10,321 nt of DNA. It comes from Elusimicrobiota bacterium. Its GTDB lineage: Bacteria > Elusimicrobiota > UBA8919. The position numbers and the translations under genes are program-made. The notes beneath the pieces were generated by a model that worked only from the letters and a program-made list of their open reading frames with translations, was not told where the DNA came from and did not search any database. This document shows, piece by piece, positions 6,955 to 10,321 of this stretch (its first letter is position 1; every line of letters begins with the position of its first letter). The stretch spans positions 1 through 10,321 of the forward strand of contig JBDRIG010000019.1 of assembly GCA_043816185.1 (NCBI GenBank). The letters run 5' to 3'.

Positions 6955-6991
6955 CCAAAGTTGGGGGTTTTCTTGCCAAGAGGTCTTTAAT
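6937..6991. repeat. IS200/IS605-end-like hairpin; left arm of a 30-bp inverted repeat
   Basis: GGCAATTCATCCCCACGACCAAAGTTGGGGGTTTTCTTGCC forms an imperfect hairpin; 6962-6991 matches the reverse complement of 10059-10088 at 27/30. Confidence 0.65.
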
Positions 6992-7042
6992 CAAACCCTG
7001 CGACGACAAAAATATAAAAAAATCTGGAAATAAAAAAAGTAC

Positions 7043-7080
7043 TTGACAAAAATCAAAACTTTAATGTATAATATACATTA
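7043..7080 (+). promoter_or_regulatory. Promoter with palindromic operator for TA operon 1
   Basis: TTGACA (7043), 18 bp, TATAAT (7067); perfect palindrome TAATGTATA-A-TATACATTA (7062-7080) over the -10; AGGAGGTGA Shine-Dalgarno follows. Confidence 0.8.
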
Positions 7081-7096
7081 TAGGAGGTGAAAACAA

Positions 7097-7342
7097 ATGC
7101 AGAGAACACAAATTTATTTATCAGAAAAAGAGAGAAATATTCTTTCTTCTTTAAGTATAAGTAATAGCAAAAGCATTAGTGAACTCATTCGTGAAGCAAT
7201 TGATTATTTTTATTTTAATAGGAAAAAAATAGATTTTGCACAAACACTATGCTATGTAAAAGGTATTTGGAAGGATAGAAACGATATAGAGAGTGCAGAA
7301 AATTATGTACGAAAATTACGGGTTGACCGGAGATCTAAATGA
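7097..7342 (+). CDS. Ribbon-helix-helix (CopG-like) antitoxin, VapB type
   Basis: MQRTQIYL...SISELIREAID RHH pattern; ATGA overlap with the PIN toxin gene. Confidence 0.85.
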   Translation: MQRTQIYLSEKERNILSSLSISNSKSISELIREAIDYFYFNRKKIDFAQTLCYVKGIWKDRNDIESAENYVRKLRVDRRSK

Positions 7343-7719
7343 CTAAATTTCTTATTGACACCGACGTGCTAATTGAAATACTGCGAGGAAATATAAAAAT
7401 ACTTTCTTGTTTTGATACATTAAACAAAAAAGGGGCAACATTTTTCTATTCTCCGGTTACAAAGGCCGAAATTTTTCATGGAATCCGAGAAAAAGAAGAA
7501 CCAAAAATAAATTTATTATTTCAATCTATGGAATGTATTTTTATAAATGATGAAATAGGAAGAAAAGCTGGGCTTTATTTAAAAGAATTTCATCGTAGTC
7601 ACAATGTACAATTAGGTGATAGTTTAATTGCGGCTTCTGCATATTTTGCGGATACTATTCTTTTTACTCTCAACCGGAAACATTATCCTATGAAAGATAT
7701 CAAGGTTTTCGCTGATTAA
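7339..7719 (+). CDS. vapC: VapC-family PIN-domain toxin
   Basis: FLIDTDVLIE, TKAEI, GDSLIAASA and TLNRKHY PIN motifs; 126 aa. Confidence 0.92.
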   Translation: MTKFLIDTDVLIEILRGNIKILSCFDTLNKKGATFFYSPVTKAEIFHGIREKEEPKINLLFQSMECIFINDEIGRKAGLYLKEFHRSHNVQLGDSLIAASAYFADTILFTLNRKHYPMKDIKVFAD

Positions 7720-7912
7720 AGTTTTGACGCTACTAAAAAATGCTCTTTGTCATAACAGGATTGTCGTGTGATGAGTGGCGTCTTAACATAAAAGAAAAAT
7801 ATAATTATTAGTGTTCCTGAAGAAAGGATTAAAACAAAAAGAAAGGGAAGGGTTCCACCGACGGGGAAAAACCGTCCCCATTTCTACCTCAAAATAATAA
7901 TTTAAAAAATAC

Positions 7913-7941
7913 TTGACAAAATTGTTAAAATGTATTAGAAT
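7913..7941 (+). promoter_or_regulatory. Promoter for TA operon 2
   Basis: TTGACA (7913), 17 bp, TAGAAT (7936); GGAGGTGA Shine-Dalgarno before ATG 7977. Confidence 0.75.
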
Positions 7942-7976
7942 AATAATGAACACAAAAGAATATTGGAGGTGAATCT

Positions 7977-8219
7977 ATGTCTAAAACGGTAACAATCCGG
8001 CTATCAGAGGAAGAATATAAAAAGATTTCGTTGTCTGCACAGTCTGAATATCGTCCTATTTCTAATTTTATTACTAATACAGTATTAAAAGAAATAGAAG
8101 AATCACTTTATACAGATGTGGTTGAGATAGATCAAATTAGAGGTAATAAAAAATTACTGGAAAAACTAAAATTAGGACACAACGATGCTAAAAAAATGAG
8201 AGGTAATTTTATTGGATAA
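7977..8219 (+). CDS. RHH-type antitoxin
   Basis: MSKTVTIRLSEEEY...PISNFI RHH pattern; overlaps the RelE-like gene. Confidence 0.8.
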   Translation: MSKTVTIRLSEEEYKKISLSAQSEYRPISNFITNTVLKEIEESLYTDVVEIDQIRGNKKLLEKLKLGHNDAKKMRGNFIG

Positions 8220-8496
8220 TTTTAAAATATTTGAAACGAAACAGTTTTTATCTGACCTGGAAAAAGATTTTAGTGGTCAACAGGAACGGATAAAGAAAAA
8301 ACTTATAACATATGTTTATCCACAATTACGGTATCAACCGTACTTTGGAAAAAATATAAAGAAGTTAACTAATTATGAACCCGAAACCTGGCGGTATAGA
8401 ATTGGGGATTATCGTTTTTTTTATGAAATTAATGAGCAGAAAAAAATAGTTTTTATGATAACAGCAGATATCCGCGGGAGTGCCTATAATATATGA
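8212..8496 (+). CDS. RelE/ParE-family toxin (TTG start)
   Basis: 94 aa with NIKKL...TWRYRIGDYRFFYEI...R C-terminal RelE pattern. Confidence 0.88.
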   Translation: MDNFKIFETKQFLSDLEKDFSGQQERIKKKLITYVYPQLRYQPYFGKNIKKLTNYEPETWRYRIGDYRFFYEINEQKKIVFMITADIRGSAYNI

Positions 8497-8562
8497 GCAG
8501 TTACCAAAATTAAAATTACAAAAATTAGCCGTGGATAATACCATATCAAAACATTAGGCACA

Positions 8563-8685
8563 GTGGGAACAACAGGCACAGGAGGAACAACAACAGGCCA
8601 TCCCCAAAAAAAAGTAAAAGAAATACGCATTTGTCCTTATTGCAAAAGTCCTTATTGGGATAGGCCCAGGGGAAAAAAGCGTTAA
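8563..8685 (+). pseudogene. Remnant of a small Zn-ribbon protein
   Basis: Frame ends GHPQKKVKEIRICPYCKSPYWDRPRGKKR*. Only the second CxxC pair survives; upstream is low-complexity G/T-coding sequence and a stop at 8536. Confidence 0.55.
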
Positions 8686-8732
8686 GTACGAACGACAAAA
8701 AACAATAAAGTAATTAAAATAGGAGAACAAAA

Positions 8733-9278
8733 ATGATAAATAAAAAACTGATAGAAATTGAAAACAAAATCATTGAAGTAAGATAACAAAAAGCGATTCT
8801 TGATAGTGATGTTGCAGAACTTTACGGCGTTGAAACAAAAGACATTAATAAAGCAGTTAAAAATAATCCCGACAAGTTTTTGGAAGGATATATTTTGGAG
8901 TTGTCTAAAGCAAAGAAAGATGAACCGGTGGAAAATTTCCACCGGTTCCGAAATCTAAAACATTCAAGCATAAATCCTAAGGCCTTTACTGAAAAAGGTC
9001 TTTATATGCTTGCCATGATATTGAAGAGTACCAAAGCCACCCAAACTACAATATACATTATTGAAACTTTTGCAAGAATTAGGGATCTTTCGCAAAACAT
9101 CAAAGCATTAACAGTGGTACAAGACGAACAACAAAAACAAAATTTACTTCAAAAGAGTGGCAAAATCATCGGCGAACTTCTTGATGATAATCTGACAACG
9201 AGTGAAAAAGAGATAACAATAGAACTAAATCTTGCTTTATTGAAAATCAAACACACTATCAAAAAAATAAAGAAATGA
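8733..9278 (+). pseudogene. ORF6N-domain DNA-binding protein with an in-frame TAA at 8784-8786
   Basis: AGGAG Shine-Dalgarno, ATG 8733: MINKKLIEIENKIIEVR*QKAILDSDVAELYGVETKDINKAVKNNPDKF...PKAFTEKGLYMLAMILKS. Same frame as the listed 8880-9278 ORF. Confidence 0.88.
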
Positions 9279-9395
9279 GAACAACCGCAATTTATGTCAG
9301 AGTTTCTACAATAGGTCAAGAGTTAAAAAATCAAATAAGGGATTTAACCGCCTATTCTCTTAAAAATAAATAGGAAATTTATAACACTTACGAGT
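9275..9395 (+). pseudogene. Truncated serine recombinase (resolvase) N-terminus
   Basis: ATGA-coupled to ORF6N: MRTTAIYVRVSTIGQELKNQIRDLTAYSLKNK*EIYNTYE, containing the catalytic YxRVST motif; TAG at 9371; similarity lost shortly after. Confidence 0.82.
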
Positions 9396-9489
9396 TACCC
9401 AAACCGGAAATGGAATGAGGGCGTTAACTACTTAAGAATCTCCATGGCGATATTTTAATAGTTTTATCGTCGAGGCTTGGGTTTTGTAA

Positions 9490-9518
9490 TTGACAAAATT
9501 ATTAAATTGTGTTATACT
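9490..9518 (+). promoter_or_regulatory. Promoter for TA operon 3
   Basis: TTGACA (9490), 17 bp, TATACT (9513); AAGGAGG Shine-Dalgarno before ATG 9539. Confidence 0.78.
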
Positions 9519-9538
9519 ATGTTTAACAAGGAGGCGAT

Positions 9539-9769
9539 ATGGAAACAAAGATTAAACTTATAGGGGTCAAAATGCCTTTAAAACTTGCTTCTGCACTTGA
9601 GCATATTGCGACGGAGCAATACAAATCAGTTTCAACATTTATCAGAGAAATGATAGTAGATTACATTGAGGATGAACTCAGTGTAGGATCATGGAAATTA
9701 ATTGAAAAAGGGCGGAAAGAATACAGGGAAGGAAAATGCATTCCATGGAGAGAAGTAATTCATGAATAA
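9539..9769 (+). CDS. RHH-type antitoxin
   Basis: LIGVKMPLKL...SVSTFIREMI RHH pattern; C-terminal GRKEYREGKCIPWREV typical of RelB-like antitoxins. Confidence 0.82.
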   Translation: METKIKLIGVKMPLKLASALEHIATEQYKSVSTFIREMIVDYIEDELSVGSWKLIEKGRKEYREGKCIPWREVIHE

Positions 9770-10034
9770 ATTCACGGTTCTTTTGTCATCACAGGCAAAG
9801 AAGTATTACAAAAAGGTTAACAAAAAGACACAGGATTTATTGAGAGATTGTTTTCTGTATCTTGAAGAAAATCCTTTTTATCACCCGGGTGGAATAATAA
9901 AAAGAATTAGAGGACAGAGTTTATACAGATTTCGGGCAGGTGATTTAAGAATTATTTACGAAATAAATGAATTAAAAAGGGAAATTCCGATCCATTTAAT
10001 TGGGCCAAGAGGGGATATTTACAAAAAAATATAA
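9762..10034 (+). CDS. RelE-family toxin
   Basis: LSSQAKKYYKK...IKRIRG...YRFRAGDLRIIYEI...IGPRGDIYK. Confidence 0.9.
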   Translation: MNKFTVLLSSQAKKYYKKVNKKTQDLLRDCFLYLEENPFYHPGGIIKRIRGQSLYRFRAGDLRIIYEINELKREIPIHLIGPRGDIYKKI

Positions 10035-10058
10035 ATATTATTGTGGAACAAAAATTAA

Positions 10059-10088
10059 ATTACAGACCTCTGGGCAAGAAAGCCCCCA
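10059..10088. repeat. Right arm of the 30-bp inverted repeat bracketing the TA cluster
   Basis: ATTACAGACCTCTGGGCAAGAAAGCCCCCA; its reverse complement is 27/30 identical to 6962-6991. Confidence 0.75.
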
Positions 10089-10178
10089 TATTCAGCGGGT
10101 TAACTGGCTATATTTTAAGAATCCATAGTATGGTTTTTAACGGTAGTAACGCTACTTCGTTAAATTCAGTTCGTCATT

Positions 10179-10295
10179 GGGACTGTGTCGCAATGAGCTA
10201 AAAAGTTGCATTTTTATAGAAGATAGCAACTGATGATAAAATATGGTACTGCAATCCAACACTAGATGGTAAAAGATGGATTGCGACACAGTCTG
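10179..10295. mobile_element. 117-bp MITE, copy B (inverted relative to copy A)
   Basis: TIRs GGGACTGTGTCGCAAT and ATTGCGACACAGTCTG; flanked by ATT on both sides (10176-10178 and 10296-10298), a possible 3-bp TSD. Confidence 0.87.
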
Positions 10296-10321
10296 ATTGG
10301 CGAACGAAGCGAAGCAATCTC

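Noticed and set aside
293..8942. Alternative-frame and minus-strand ORFs (293-562, 1233-1595, 3255-3470, 3842-4411, 5724-5930, 6309-6761, 8682-8942)
   Set aside because: Shadows of well-supported plus-strand genes, with no recognisable motifs.
5941..9373. Stop-codon reassignment suggested by in-frame stops in tnpB, ORF6N and the resolvase
   Set aside because: The stops differ (TAG, TAA, TAG), replace different expected residues (Gln, unknown, probably Trp) and occur only in mobile-element genes. Housekeeping genes have no internal stops, and many end in TAA. Pseudogenisation is simpler.
7720..10150. Integron attC sites between the TA modules; weak GTTAACT...TTAAGAATC similarity at ~9423 and ~10099
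   Set aside because: I could not find paired RYYYAAC/GTTRRRY boxes with a convincing hairpin, no integrase is present, and the similarity is short and AT-rich.
4413..10295. Composite transposon bounded by the two inverted 117-bp MITEs
   Set aside because: Copy B has its own apparent ATT duplication, the copies differ at 10 positions, and the interval includes core genes (apt, tRNA-Arg). Independent insertions are more likely.

Overview
AT-rich bacterial chromosomal window with two parts. Left (1-5271): a YqaA/DedA membrane protein, a probable type II R-M pair (SPPY-type DNA methyltransferase plus HNH endonuclease), two tRNA-Pro genes, acylphosphatase, a divergent sigma-70 factor, apt and tRNA-Arg(CCT). 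Right (5270-10321): a decaying accessory island. It opens with an IS607-family element (tnpA remnant, tnpB with one amber stop, omegaRNA-like 3' region). The element appears inserted at a GG dinucleotide inside the tRNA-Arg 3' acceptor strand, and its left end rebuilds the tRNA. That left end also carries an exact 36-bp repeat / 35-bp spacer / 36-bp repeat unit with CRISPR-like geometry. Downstream are three intact type II toxin-antitoxin operons with related promoters, interspersed with pseudogenes (Zn-ribbon, ORF6N, serine resolvase) and bracketed by a 30-bp inverted repeat. Several MITE-like elements occur, and three of their ends abut the same GTCATT motif. All calls come from reading motifs by eye; no searches were run.
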